DNA of 64,000 nt from Eledone cirrhosa (GCA_964016885.1 OZ024753.1:36394001-36458000), one strand, 5' to 3'; positions 1 through 12,940 are shown, counted from the first letter of the stretch. Made by a program: numbers and translations. Notes: generated from the sequence alone by a model not told the origin.

Positions 1-181
1 ATATAACATGTATTCATTTTCCCCTAGCATTTTAAATAGTCCGTCGAGCTGCCGATTATAGAGTCGGGTAAGATCGATACAGATCAAACCTTGAGCTGAT
101 CAGTGGCGAAACACGCGTCACCGACCAATAAATGTAATGAAGGAGTAACCAATCGTCCTTGTTATCCTTTCAATACACACA

Positions 182-248
<67 letters not shown>

Positions 249-417
249 TAAGTTATCGTTTTAGGTAATCCAGCTAGAGGTTGTGAGTACTCTGTACTAT
301 GGATAGTTTTAACGTACGGCGTTAAAATTTCGAGTGATCAACTGTAAATAAAACCCTTTTTGTACAGCCGACCATGTTATTCTTCACTCTTTCACTATAT
401 ATATATGTATGTGTGTG

Positions 418-449
<32 letters not shown>

Positions 450-861
450 GCGTGAGTGTGTGTGTGTGTATATACTCGTATAGTATACATATAAATCGGT
501 ATTTTTACGTTTCTCTTAACACATTAAATAGTTCAAGCTAACATTGTTGTTATATTTTAACAGACAATACCAGAAACACACTCTCACACAAAAGAAGTGA
601 ATAACGAAAGACATGGTATATAACAGAGGATACAACGTAAGCAAACAAAAGCCTGTGAGATCTGGCAAGTAGTTGAGGGAAGTGTATCTACTCGAACAAA
701 AATATATCAAGAGCCTGGCCCTCAAGCAATTGCCTTACCCCTGAAACTAACCCTAGTTTGTCACTCGTATTGCTAGAATAACACACGTCCTTTTTTTTTT
801 GTCCTCTTCAGAAGTAATTTTTCTTTTCTTGTTCATCTATCTATATGTCTGTCTGTCTGTC

Positions 862-901
<40 letters not shown>

Positions 902-2320
902 ATGCCCCCCCCCCCCTCCCTCTCTATCTATCTATCTATCTTTATTTTATTGCAGAAATGGCTTCTACGTGACTAGAACTGTTTCATTCGTAACGAATGC
1001 TAGTGATTTCTTACGAATGAAACAATTCTAGTCCTGTAAATTATGATAGAAATTCGGTAAATTCTTAGAACACCCCCTTGATTTTATATATTTCTTTGGT
1101 TTGTTTGAGACCTATCAATTAATCTCATCTCTGACTATGCTGCAAAGGATTTTTCTCCGGAAAATGGAAGAGAGTGCAGATCCTCAGACTTTTCCCCTCC
1201 CATGAAGTTTTCTATAAAAAAAAAAATTTTTTTTTTTTTCATGGGATTCCCTAAACCTAACCCTAACTTAAGACTTCTGTTTTCCAAAATGGAGTCGGAT
1301 ATTTTTCGAAAAGGGGGCAGCTGCGGTAAAATTTCAACAGTTATGTGGTTGCTCTACATGCTAGAAATAGCAGCAAAATCTTTACGTTTTCTGAAAAAGA
1401 TTCATTGCTCTAGTTTTATGAGACCTTCTTCCAAATGAAGATTTTTTTTCACCGAAAATTAGCCTCAAGCGTCAGTTTTGTTTGTTGTTTACGAAAAATA
1501 AACAGAAGTTAATGCAGTATGTGTGTGCTATTAGACAGACATACATACCCCCCCCCCCTGGATTTTCTATAGCAACCTTTTTCTAGGTGCGTTTATGGCA
1601 GATCAATTTTTTGTGTGGAACTATCAATAGCTGTTTAAGTCATAAGTCCTTCTTCCATCCAGCTTTCTTCATTCAGAATGAATAAGCCGGGGAAGTTTGA
1701 GCTCGAAGAGTATCGAACTTATTCAACAGACTTATGAATAAGAATAGCAAACTTACTGCCTTAACGCTCAAGAACAAACACAGAACAATTGAGCAAGTCA
1801 TCGCAATTATTGAAGAAATTATAACCGAGTGAGCATATTCAGGTTCTGTTGAAGCACCCTGTATATCACCGTTTGTAAAGCCCTTCGAATGACTGAAGCA
1901 ATTCAATAAAACCATCCCGTTTTCCCCCTATAGTAGACATCTGAACTACCCTAAATCGTCACCCTACGTCCTTTTTTCATGATATATTTAAGTTGGGCGA
2001 TAGGAAAATCGAAAGATTTTAAATGTTAGTTTAAAAAAAGCTTGACAAGCTTGACAGGTTGCAAGCAAAAAGACTGGAGTAACTTACGTTTAAAAGGACA
2101 ATTCGTGTAATGTAAATTCAATAGGGAACGCACGCGTTTATATACCAAGAACAATCTTCCGACGATTCGACATCTCAAAATATCGACAAAATAAACTCTA
2201 CTCTCAAAGACGGCATATTTTCAATTAACATGGCGGGAGTACGAATTTGTTGCCTCGTTTTGGGAGGACTGAGTTGTGGGAGGAGGAAGGGGAGTAGTGG
2301 GAGGGAGGTTTTAACATACA

Positions 2321-2520
2321 TCATCATCATCATCATCATCATTCGTCGACTACTGTCGAGATGATGGATCTCACTCTCATGCCCCAGAATTCCCTGTCCC
2401 CCATCGCCGCCCCCAGGTCCTGTCTACCGATTCCCGTATCTCTAGATATCATATGCGCTCTCTTGCTCTGGAACCCTGACTCCAGCCTGACTAGGAGTAG
2501 GAAGCTGTCATTCCCTGACG
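2321..2520 (-). mobile_element. RTE-type LINE 3' fragment
   Basis: 11-bp TSD tttaacataca (2310-2320, 2521-2531). (GAT)n tail. Minus-strand translation ISRDTGIGRQDLGAAMGDREFWGMRV has the RTE terminal M-x-DR-xx-W pattern. Confidence 0.75.
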
Positions 2521-2599
2521 TTTAACATACAGTAGTAGTATCTCCTCTTCCCCCTCTCTCACTGAAACGTCTTCTATTTCCTCCTCCATTGTAAAGATG

Positions 2600-2765
2600 T
2601 CGCCATGGGTTCCATTATTGATTTTTATTGAAATCCAATTAGCCAGCCCTGTTTCTGAATATTAGCTTAACATGTGTGTAAAGTTTCATCAGGATCGGAT
2701 CACTGGTGTAGACGCCAACTGGTTATATACACATACACAGACAGAAGTTGCCATTTATATTGTAT
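2600..2765 (+). mobile_element. Possible non-autonomous Helitron/Helentron-type 3' end
   Basis: tgtgtgtaaagtttcatcaggatcgg...acatacacagacaga...tttatattgtata pattern, recalled as typical of such elements. Confidence 0.4.
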
Positions 2766-2788
2766 ATATATATATATATATATACACA

Positions 2789-2819
<31 letters not shown>

Positions 2820-2822
<3 letters not shown>

Positions 2823-3030
2823 TAGAAAGTGATCAAAACAAAATATAACTACTCCATTACCAACGGTTTCTGGATCCCAGACAATAATATACGTCTGGAT
2901 CGGTCATCCAGACGTATATTAATATTGTCTGGGATCCAGAAACCGTTGGTAATGGAGTAGTTATATTTTGTGTTGTTCACTTTCAAATTAAATAGCTCTG
3001 TTCTATACATAGAGCACTCTTTTATCCTTT
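2820..3030. mobile_element. Fold-back element, family A
   Basis: ~80-bp arms centred on ggatcggtcatcc (~2897-2909). A related, rearranged copy lies at 4320-4482. Confidence 0.8.
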
Positions 3031-3050
3031 GCTTTTTCTACGGAATTACC

Positions 3051-3354
<304 letters not shown>

Positions 3355-3419
3355 GTTATTCCGGGTTCAATCGGGAGGTAACCACAGTATGTAAGGTACT
3401 CAATACATTGCAGAGTATA

Positions 3420-3545
3420 AAAGTTTTAATATAGATGAGATTCTACAGGACTAGAACTGTTTCATTCTTTAGATGATTTCTAAATGATGATTTCTAAAGA
3501 ATGAAACAGTTCTAGTCCTGTAGAATCTCATCTATATTAAAACTA
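3420..3545. mobile_element. Fold-back element, family B
   Basis: gttttaatatagatgagattctacaggactagaactgtttcattctttag and its reverse complement. Related copies at ~955-1045, 36435-36548 and 50860-50890. Confidence 0.8.
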
Positions 3546-4384
3546 TATATATATATATATAGTTATATTTGTTAGCATTTGGAACTGATCGAATCGTCCT
3601 TTGGAAAATATGCCAAATTTTTCAATGAGTTCCACATTTTCCAATTGGGTTCAGCCACTTCCATGCTGTGAACATCACACATTGATTCACTGAGAAACAA
3701 ACAAAACCAACACTTCACAGATACACAGCTACAAATAACAGAGCTGTTTTACACTTCAAATTAGAAAGGACAACAAATTTTCCCCATCTTTCTTCTGTTT
3801 TTCTGTCTTGTAATTAAGTATTTCAAGGGAACTTGTACAGCTTAACTATATTCTTCGCCATTGTCCGTCCATTTCCGTCGACTCACTCTAAAGACAATGA
3901 TTGGACTGCCCTCAAGGTTTATTTCCTTCCGGCTATTTTTCAGGCCTTCGCCTTCACCCCCGCACCATGTTCTTAATTTCTCTCCCTTCTACTTCTCCTC
4001 ATTTCCCCTCCATTAGTCTTCCTCTCTCTCCCTTATTTCTCTCTCAACCTCTCTAACGCCCTTTAACTACCCGGTTGTCTCCCTTAGTCTTTCCCCCAAA
4101 CTTCTTCCTCCAATTGTCTTTTTCAGCGTCATTCCTCAAACTTCCTTGGCATACATTTCGACATCGCTACATTTCTATCTTCTTTCTCTCTGGTTTATAC
4201 CAGTTCTTTGTCTGAATCTCATTCCATAGTTACCTATCTGCCTTATCTCTCACTTCCCCTTCTCTCTCGCCCCCTCACTATCTCCCACTCCCTCTCTCTC
4301 TATATATACATATACATCCAATTCCGGAGAAAAAGCGAAGAGTCCTCTTTGTATAGAACAGAGCTATTTAATTATATATAACAT

Positions 4385-4452
4385 CTCTGTCTGATGAACG
4401 ATCCAGACGTATATTAATATTGTTTAGGGTCCTGAAACCTTTGGCAATGGAG
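4385..4452 (+). ncRNA. Type I hammerhead, probably inactivated (family A)
   Basis: ctctgt-CTGATGA-[acgatccagac...gtttagggtcct]-GAA-ACCTTTGGC-A-atggag. Here U16.1 is C; the sister copy at ~2939-2957 has the intact GAA-ACCGTTGGT-A-atggag. Confidence 0.75.
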
Positions 4453-4475
4453 TAGTTATATATTGTGTTGTTCAC

Positions 4476-4549
<74 letters not shown>

Positions 4550-4551
<2 letters not shown>

Positions 4552-4737
4552 CGAAGGAAGAGTGGTAAGGAACCAGGTGGACCATAACGCACCAAAGTAC
4601 TCAATACTTAGGGTAGTAGAGTGGGTAATAGGAACGAATAGGACCCCGACGGCTGAGCTCAAGCCGTTTCACGGCTAATTCAGTCCAGAATTAGCCGTCG
4701 AAACGGCTTGAGCTCAGCCGTCGGGGTCCTATTCGTT

Positions 4738-4742
<5 letters not shown>
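4550..4742. mobile_element. Family C element with terminal fold-back
   Basis: aacgaaggaa...gagtgggtaataggaa...gccgtttc followed by an inverted copy. Contains the HHR 3' half GAA-ACGGC ttgagctca GCCGT-C (4700-4722). Flanked by (TA)n. Confidence 0.8.
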
Positions 4743-4764
<22 letters not shown>

Positions 4765-4772
<8 letters not shown>

Positions 4773-4917
4773 ATACTTGGGAGGGTCATATTTGTGTAAT
4801 ATTGCCAGAATTAATAACAGAACACACTCACTGTTTGGCAATATTACACAAATATGACCCTCCCCAAGTATAACAATATTTGTTTCGACACACGATTTCA
4901 TATAAAAAACCTCGCTA

Positions 4918-4920
<3 letters not shown>
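4765..4920. mobile_element. Fold-back element (family K)
   Basis: ~43-bp arms tattgttatacttgggagggtcatatttgtgtaatattgcca and reverse complement, (TA)n flanks. Confidence 0.7.
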
Positions 4921-4957
<37 letters not shown>

Positions 4958-4961
<4 letters not shown>

Positions 4962-5410
4962 CAAGGGAGCTCTTAAGAGTCAATAGCCATCCAAAATCAC
5001 TGGGAGAGATGACCCCTTAGCCTTTGTCAAGGCAGAATTCTAGGAGAAGGAAAACTCTGATATAACACCTGCAACCCTGATGGTATCCAATGATGTTGAC
5101 TTGTTCTTCTTTTTGGTAAATATCATCTTGGTTAAGAGAGTGGGACTGGCTTTGTGCAGTGCCTTTGCTCACTATAAAAGCTTCACAGCACAGGCATTGC
5201 TTTATATCTGGAGATCTCTCTGCACTTGTCATCACATGGTACCATGGGCCCTGCACTATGTGTCAATAATGGTCACAAGTGTAGTCTTTGTACCAGAGTT
5301 TTCAAGTCGCTGGCTGGACTAAAAAGTCACATTCGTTCAGCGCATCGGTAGGGGTTCTCCTACATGGATATAAAGTAGTGGCCGTACTCGAAAACGAGTT
5401 GGCAGCCACC
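4958..5410 (+). mobile_element. ~450-bp unclassified repeat in (TA)n (family F)
   Basis: Close inverted copy at 34024-34476 shares the ...ttggcagccacc(TA)n end and extends further at the other end. Confidence 0.75.
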
Positions 5411-5812
5411 ATATATATATATATATATATATTCATCGATTTCAGGGACTTGACTCCTTCCTCCCGTTTGATCTGTGCGAAATTCTTTCCTTGCTCACAT
5501 TTCGACCAGGTTTGATGGTCTTTATTCTCTCTCGTCTACGATTTCACAGAACTTATGTTCATCGATTTCAGGGACTTGACTCCTTCTTCCTCACTTTTCG
5601 TTGCATTTCCATCTTTGTTTGTTTACTGTCTCGCTCGTTCCCCCTATTTACGTGTCCCAACAACTTTCTTTAGCCGTTGCTCGCACCAACCAGAGGTATA
5701 TGGTCTTTAAAGCGATGAAATACCAATGAAGGCTGGAAGATCACCGATGAAGGACTAAATTTATTCATATGTAACCCATTTGCAACCACGCAGCACGCCA
5801 TGTTTTCATATT

Positions 5813-5880
<68 letters not shown>

Positions 5881-6011
5881 GTGAGGTTTTTTTTACAAAA
5901 TGAAAAATAACCGAGGTGTCCTACACGAGTGGAAGTATAAAGAAAAAGGGATGAAATCGAAAATGCAACTGAAGTCTTATTTTTTTTAAAAATATATATA
6001 TTTATTTGGTT

Positions 6012-6049
6012 CCTTTACCGGTTTCGCAGTTCTTCTGCTTTTCAAAAGG
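6012..6049 (-). ncRNA. Minimal U3-A8 hammerhead, inverted copy (family E)
   Basis: Reverse complement of 6474-6511. Confidence 0.8.
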
Positions 6050-6473
6050 TGAGTTGAGATGGAGGGTCTGTGGTTTTTCTCACATCTGGTTGGTCTCTAA
6101 ATGTTACTTGTTTTATATGGAAAAAGTGGCTCGAAAACCAGGTTTTTCGAGAAGTAATTTGATTGGTTTGTCAATAATTATAATAAATTTCGCGCCAGTT
6201 CGCGTTACAATAGTTCTTCAAATAAGAGAGGGGGGGGGGGGGTGTCACAGATTGTTTTTTCATATATGAGTGTTTGAATTTCTTTTTACTTGAAAAAATG
6301 AGGCTCACGAAGGCTTTTTTTTGGTTGGCGCGAAATTTATTATAATTATTGACAAACCAATCAAATTACTTCTCGAAAAACCTGGTTTTCGAGCCACTTT
6401 TTCCATATAAAACAAGTAACATTTAGAGACCAACCAGATGTGAGAAAAACCACAGACCCTCCATCTCAACTCA

Positions 6474-6511
6474 CCTTTTGAAAAGCAGAAGAACTGCGAA
6501 ACCGGTAAAGG
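6474..6511 (+). ncRNA. Minimal hammerhead ribozyme with U3-A8 covariant core (family E)
   Basis: cctt-TTGAAAA-gcag aagaa ctgc-GAA-ACCGGT-A-aagg. All three stems close, stem III is palindromic, GUA triplet, C3-G8 replaced by U3-A8. Confidence 0.8.
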
Positions 6512-6580
6512 AACCAAATAAATATATATATTTAAAAAAAAAATAAGACTTCAGTTGCATTTTCGATTTCATCCCTTTTT

Positions 6581-6663
<83 letters not shown>

Positions 6664-6845
6664 TTTAGAAGGAACAAGGGGCTGTGTGGTTACTTGATAA
6701 AGTGTATTTAGAAATAAAAGAAAAGCATTAATAAGGGACAGCCCCCCCCTTCAGTTGTCTGCTGGAGGTCTCGGACATTTCAACGCATTAAAGACATATA
6801 CATGGGTGTGTTTGTGTGTGTGTGAGTATGTGGTTGTGTGTGTAG

Positions 6846-6883
<38 letters not shown>

Positions 6884-7379
6884 TGTAGCTATGCAGGTGC
6901 CTGTTTGCTCTTGTTTTGCTTTTAGCCTTTGAACATGGCTTAATCTTTATTTTTATTATCACCCAATAATCACCTACCACCACCACCATCACCATTATCA
7001 CCTACCACCACCACCACCACCATTACCACCACCATCACCACCACCACCACCACCCATCACCACCACCACCATCACCATTACCACCACCACCACACCACCA
7101 CCACGCTATTTATGTATCGACGACTCTTTCTCTATCTCTCCCCATCCCCTCCCACATGTATATTTACCAGTCTACGTTGATCATAACTTCACCAGCCCTC
7201 CCCCCTTCCCACTCTCTCCTCTAACCCTAAACTTTACTATTTCTTGCGAATTTTTCCTTTTCCAGTATCCCTAACCACCAACGATGATGATGATGATGGT
7301 GATCATCATCATCATCATCATCCTCATCATCACCACGACCACGACGACCACCATCATCATCATCATCATTACCTCCTTC

Positions 7380-7592
7380 TTGCGTAGTGTAGGGCGGCGC
7401 AGTGTAAGGTGACGAGGTGTAGTGTAGAGTGGCGAGGTGTAGGGTGGTATGGTCAGGTGTAGGGTGGTGTGGTGTAGTGTAGTGTGGTGTGACGATGTGT
7501 AGGATGATGTAGTCAGGAGTAGTGTAGTATGGTGTAGTGTAGTGTAGTATGGTACGGTGTGGTGTAGTGTGGTGTGGTATAGGGCAGTGTGG
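7380..7592. repeat. Degenerate pentamer repeat (gtgta/gtgtg)
   Basis: 5-bp periodicity. Confidence 0.85.
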
Positions 7593-7628
7593 AAGGGATA
7601 TAAGCAATAACTGACCTGTCGCTCCTCT

Positions 7629-7646
7629 CCAGCGCCCCCTGGTCTT
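7629..7646 (-). promoter_or_regulatory. Candidate CTCF site
   Basis: Minus strand agACCAGGGGGCGCTGg matches the CTCF core CCACCAGGGGGCGC except at its first two bases. Confidence 0.5.
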
Positions 7647-7790
7647 TATAATATAAATAAATACATAAGTAAATAAACAAATAATAAAAGAAACAAACAA
7701 AACGAACGAACAACAATAAAAATAGAGGAAATCAACAAAAACAAAGACAAAGGAAGAATATATACATACATACACATACATATATATATG

Positions 7791-7821
<31 letters not shown>

Positions 7822-7990
7822 ATGTGTGTATATATATGCATATATATATATGTGTATATATATGTATATATATATACACATATATATACATTTATATATA
7901 TACATATATACATATATATATGTATGTATATATCTATATATATATATCTATATATATATAAATATATATATACATATATATATATATATA

Positions 7991-8078
<88 letters not shown>

Positions 8079-8107
8079 CGCACACACACGTCTCTGTCTC
8101 TATCTGG

Positions 8108-8173
<66 letters not shown>

Positions 8174-8517
8174 TTGTGTGTGATATACACACACACACGC
8201 ACGCACACACACACACAAATGGAGAAGAGGAAGTGAGCGATCCTTTGATTAAGAGATCTGCAAGCTGTAAGCTATTTTAAAGACATCAACACCAAGTACA
8301 TTCAACAACGTCCGGTTAACTTTTATCTTTTATATTTATCTTCTTCTTCAAACACATAGCGTTTATTTTATAAAACAATATCCCACTCTTCACTAAGACT
8401 GACCATATCCAGCTCCAATGTTCTATTCCACTGGTTCCCGGCTTCCATTTTGTTTATTTGACTTTCTTCTTCTTCTTCTTCTTCTTCTTCTTCTTCTTCG
8501 TCCAAATCATCATTCTT

Positions 8518-8900
8518 GGTGGATTGGCAGTATTGGTAGAGGATCGGACGCCATGCTTTGACGTATATAGTTACGGCCCTTGCCATTCTGAGTTCAAATC
8601 CCGCCGAGGTTAACTTTGCCTTTCATCCTTACGGGGTCGATAAAATAAAGTACCAGTAATACATTGGTTAATTGCTGGCCTTGTGCCTAACGTAGAAACA
8701 ATTATTACTAAGGGCAGTGGATTGGCAGTATCGGTAGAGGGTCGGACGCCATACTTTGCTGCATAGAGTTACGCCCCTTTACGGTTTGAGTTAAAATCCC
8801 GCCGAGGTTAACTATGCCTTTCATCCTTACGGGGTCGATAAAATAAAGTACCAGTAATGCACTGGGATAATTGGTGGCTTTGTGCCAAAAGTAGAAACAA
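8518..8900 (+). mobile_element. Two tandem tRNA-derived SINE copies
   Basis: A-box-like tggcagtatcgg, B-box gagttcaaatcc, body gccgaggttaactttgcctttcatccttacggggtcgataaaataaagtaccag, tail ggccttgtgccaaaagtagaaacaatt. Confidence 0.9.
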
Positions 8901-9056
8901 GTATATGCGAAATATGTTGGCAAAAAATAATTTAAATGTTGCTATTCTATAGCATAGATCTATAACTCTTGTTGCAATTGAAGGGGGTGCCGTATAATCA
9001 TTAAATCGTCATAAATCATTTTAATACATACTAAGACATATTTATATATATATATT

Positions 9057-9088
<32 letters not shown>

Positions 9089-9879
9089 TAGAGAGAGAGA
9101 AAGGAAGAAAGAGAGCGAGAGAGAATATGGCTGAATATATGTATATATCTATCTATCTACACCTATATCTAGATATATAGGCACAATATGGCTGAAGAAA
9201 AGACGAGATTGGTCACAGCTGCATCGTACATTTGGGCATACGTCTGCTCGCTCAAATTTGACTTGGGGCTAAAGTATGTCGATGATGATGACAGAAACAT
9301 CCGCACCAGAAACTCACACCAATACTATTACCAACATCATCATCAATAACAGCTGCAACAACAGTATTAAAAACAATAGGATTTTTATGGGTCAACGAGG
9401 GATCATTTTTGCGATTTCTTAAACTACGAAAACTACAAGTTAAATATCCCGCAAACCCAAGGCTACTCTCGAGAAAAATAAATAGAACGAGACATTAGAT
9501 ACGTAATGATGACGGATGTTCAATACTGGAAGGTCTTGATCGACCATTCTGCTACATTATGTTTGACCTTGGGCTAAACAACAATAACAGCTTAATTTCT
9601 TTCAAGTTTGAATCATGGCCAGAAATACTGCGCTGTTACTAAGTCGATTAACTGGTTTTTAGTACTTAACCGTTCCTTGCTTTTTCTAATCCGGCAAGAT
9701 AAAAGGAAGCACAGTCGCCTTCAGTACGATTAGATCCCAGAATATATAGGGATGCTATTTAATACCACACTGTATTTTATCTGTAGCTCTATAGATCTCC
9801 TTGCCAGTTTCCACCCTCGGGAGAATATACATAATTAAATATTTTCGCAAACAACAAACACTTACAATAATCATTATAG

Positions 9880-10270
9880 TAGTCGGGTAGCTGTGAATGG
9901 AGGCGGTGTGCAGCTTGAAAAAATCTGAGAAAAGAGGTCGTTATAATAATGGTAGAAGAGGAAGTGTGAAGAGGCGGTGTATCTAGAGGCCTGGGTTTAG
10001 AGTGTGTTGGAAAGTCAGTTCTTGCTAATCATCAGATGGTCTTTTTCTGCCCGAGGTATAGAATGTTTGTCTGTATAAACAAACATATACAACAGTGCTG
10101 ACCCAGATGTGGGAGCAGTATTCCACTGTGGGTCTTTTTGAGGTTTACAGAGAGCCAGCAGTTGTACGGAATGAAGTATTTTCTGGCACTGAAGAAGTTA
10201 TATTTATTTATGTGATTCATGAAAGATCAGGGACAGAGAATGACCAAAGGGGTAAAGAATTCATTTCCCA
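9880..10270 (-). mobile_element. Decayed CR1/L2-group LINE ORF2 fragment
   Basis: Minus strand encodes ARKYF... and RPTVEYCSHIW, the RP-x-x-EY-xxx-W motif downstream of the RT domain, with frameshifts. Confidence 0.7.
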
Positions 10271-10954
10271 ATCATTCGGTCCCGAGTTCAATACCACTGA
10301 GTAGCTTCTTGGCCATGAGTCATTGACTATAACCTCGGGTTGACCCATACCTTGTGAATTGGCAGAGAGAAGCTGTTTAAAAGCTTGGAAGCCCGTCTGA
10401 TGAGCGCTTGTCACACACAGCGTCATGCTGAATCGCCCTGACCATTACGTGAAGAGTACACGTGTCAGTAAAATACTCAGCTCATTTCACGAGTAGGCAG
10501 TTCGCTTTATTGAACAAATGAAACACCCATTGTCGAAACCGATTGAGGTCCAAATTTAAGACGATAAGCATATATCGAAACTTCGTCTTAGAATTATTGC
10601 GAATCTAAAATGTTCTGCCCTACCCTCCCGATATCAAAAGCCTGACAACAGAGCAAATTGGTTACATTATTTCTGACCTTCACTTTTAATATCTGGTGAA
10701 AATACCTGGGCCCATGGCTTTCACGGTGGAGGTGCATGGCTGAGTGGTAAGGGTGTTGGACTTACGATCATAATGTTGTGTGTTATTGGGTAGTATTAGT
10801 AGTTGTTGTTGTAGTAGTATCAGCAACAGCAACAGCAGCAGCAGCAGTAGTAGTAGTAGTAGTAGCAACAGCATCATCATCATCATCAGCAGCAGTAGTA
10901 ATAGTAGTAGTAGTAGTAGTAGTAGCAGTAGCAGTAGTGGCGGTGGTATAAAAA

Positions 10955-11136
10955 TAATTGTTTCTACTTTTGGCACAAGGCCGGCAATTACATTACTGGT
11001 ACTTTATTTTATCGACCCCGTAAGGATGAAAGGTAAAGTTAACCTCGGTGGGGTTTGAACTCAGACCGTAAAGGGACGTAACTATGCTAGAAAGCATGGC
11101 GTCCAACCCTCTACCGATACTGCCAATTCACCGCCC
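10955..11136 (-). mobile_element. SINE (same family)
   Basis: Reverse complement of the SINE consensus. Confidence 0.9.
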
Positions 11137-11399
11137 TATAAACTAGAAATGATACAAGCGATAGATAAAGAGAAACATGGAGGGTTGTTAGATTGAATAA
11201 GAGAGAAAGGGATAGACAAAGAGACAGAGAAAAGTTGAGGTTGTGTGAGTGAAAGAGAGGGGTGTGTTTGAGAGAGAACGAGAGAGAGAGGGAGAAAGAG
11301 AGAAAGAGAATGAGACAGAGAGGGAGAGAATTAAAGGGAGGAGGGGGAGTGAAAGAGAGAATACGCGATAGAGAGAGAAAGAAGTAGACACGATTTAGT

Positions 11400-11760
11400 C
11401 TTTAAAGTGACAACATACCAGTTGTTCACACAGATTGGAGTGATTCACGTGACCACAAAGAGAAGTGAGTGTGTCACGTGATTAGAGCGAGACAACCACT
11501 CTCAGCAAAGAAAATACACACACAAAAAAGAGAAAAACCCAAACAAAACGAAACAAAAAGCCCCGAAAGATTACAGCAAGAATAAAACTCTTGTATAATC
11601 ATTGGTGCGTTAAGAAATACTTATCCAAATAATACGCAGACTGAATAAAACATGTAAGATGTCTGCGACATTTAACAATGCTAAAAAGGAAAGGGTTGTC
11701 TAAAGGTTTTGCTGTCAATAGAGAACGGACGCCATATTGTAAACACAAAATGTTTTAAAG
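11400..11760. promoter_or_regulatory. Candidate cis-regulatory island
   Basis: TCACGTGAC (11445) and GTCACGTGA (11473) E-boxes, ATTGG (11434), YY1-like GACGCCATATT (11728), in unique sequence. Confidence 0.4.
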
Positions 11761-11871
11761 CTTTCCCTTATTAGCTTCTTTTTCTTTTTCTCTCGTTTAC
11801 TTACCTTCTTTTCCCTCCCTTTTTTCTTGTTATTTTTCTTAGTTTCTTCTTTCTCTCTTTATTGATTTATT

Positions 11872-11874
<3 letters not shown>

Positions 11875-11911
<37 letters not shown>

Positions 11912-12140
11912 TATATAAATTTATATATATATATATATAAATTTATATATATATATATATATATATATAAATTTATATATATATATAAATTTATATATAT
12001 ATATATATATATATAAATTTATATATATATATATATATATATAAATTTATATATATATATAAATTTATATATATATATATATATATATATAAATTTATAT
12101 ATATATATATATATATATATAAATTTATATATATATATAA

Positions 12141-12182
<42 letters not shown>

Positions 12183-12266
12183 TTATATATATAAATTTAT
12201 ATATATATATATATATATAAATTTATATATATATATATAAATTTATATATATATATATATATATAA

Positions 12267-12312
<46 letters not shown>

Positions 12313-12365
12313 TTATATATATATATATATAAATTTATATATATATATATATAAATTTATATATA
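11875..12365. repeat. (TA)n tract punctuated by aattt (palindromic tataaatttata units)
   Basis: Seen directly. Confidence 0.95.
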
Positions 12366-12742
12366 TATTCATATATATATATATATATATTCATATATAT
12401 ATGTATGTATATATATATATATATATATATTCATATATATATTCATATATATATGTATGTATATAAGAATTATATATATATATATATATATGAATATATA
12501 TAAGAATATATATATATGAATATATATATATATATATACACACATATATATATGAATATATATATATATTGTTTATATATTGTATATATATTTCCTATCG
12601 TCTTTTGGTTGTTATTCATTTCTTTCATTATTTATTCGTTTCATTTACTCATACCTTCATTTTATTTTATCATTTCCTCTGGGTTTTCTACCTCCCTTTT
12701 CTCCCTTTATTTAATGTATGATGCTTTGATTTGGCTTTTCAT

Positions 12743-12812
<70 letters not shown>

Positions 12813-12901
12813 ATATAAAGTATAAAATAAAAATTTAAGAACAAAACGTACTAGAAATATATATAATTTTTATATATTCTTATATGTTATTGTTTTTTAT
12901 T

Positions 12902-12940
<39 letters not shown>

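Larger units (their letters stand above)
5875..6587. mobile_element. (TA)n-flanked element with ~260-bp inverted repeats (family E), probable Penelope-like pLTR remnant
   Basis: Arms 5936-6197 and 6326-6587 are near-identical reverse complements, each with an HHR. A single-arm copy at ~50601-50809 starts with the same ttagaaagtgagg next to (TA)n. Confidence 0.75.

Noticed and set aside
769-790. Resemblance to miR-137 (tattgctagaataacacacgt)
   Set aside because: Several mismatches or indels and no precursor hairpin.
1249-1267. Telomere-like ccctaaacctaaccctaa
   Set aside because: Only about three imperfect units; such motifs are common inside repeats.
2684-2692. CTGATGA on the minus strand (similar isolated hits at ~14025, ~19500 and ~61745)
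   Set aside because: No properly placed GAAA, NUH and stem I; a 7-mer is expected by chance.
8368-8586. Acidic 72-aa ORF duplicated at 35533-35835
   Set aside because: It begins inside an antisense SINE and spans a GAA repeat; the duplication is explained by a DNA-level copy event.
8518-8600. tRNA gene
   Set aside because: The A and B boxes belong to SINE heads; no complete cloverleaf.
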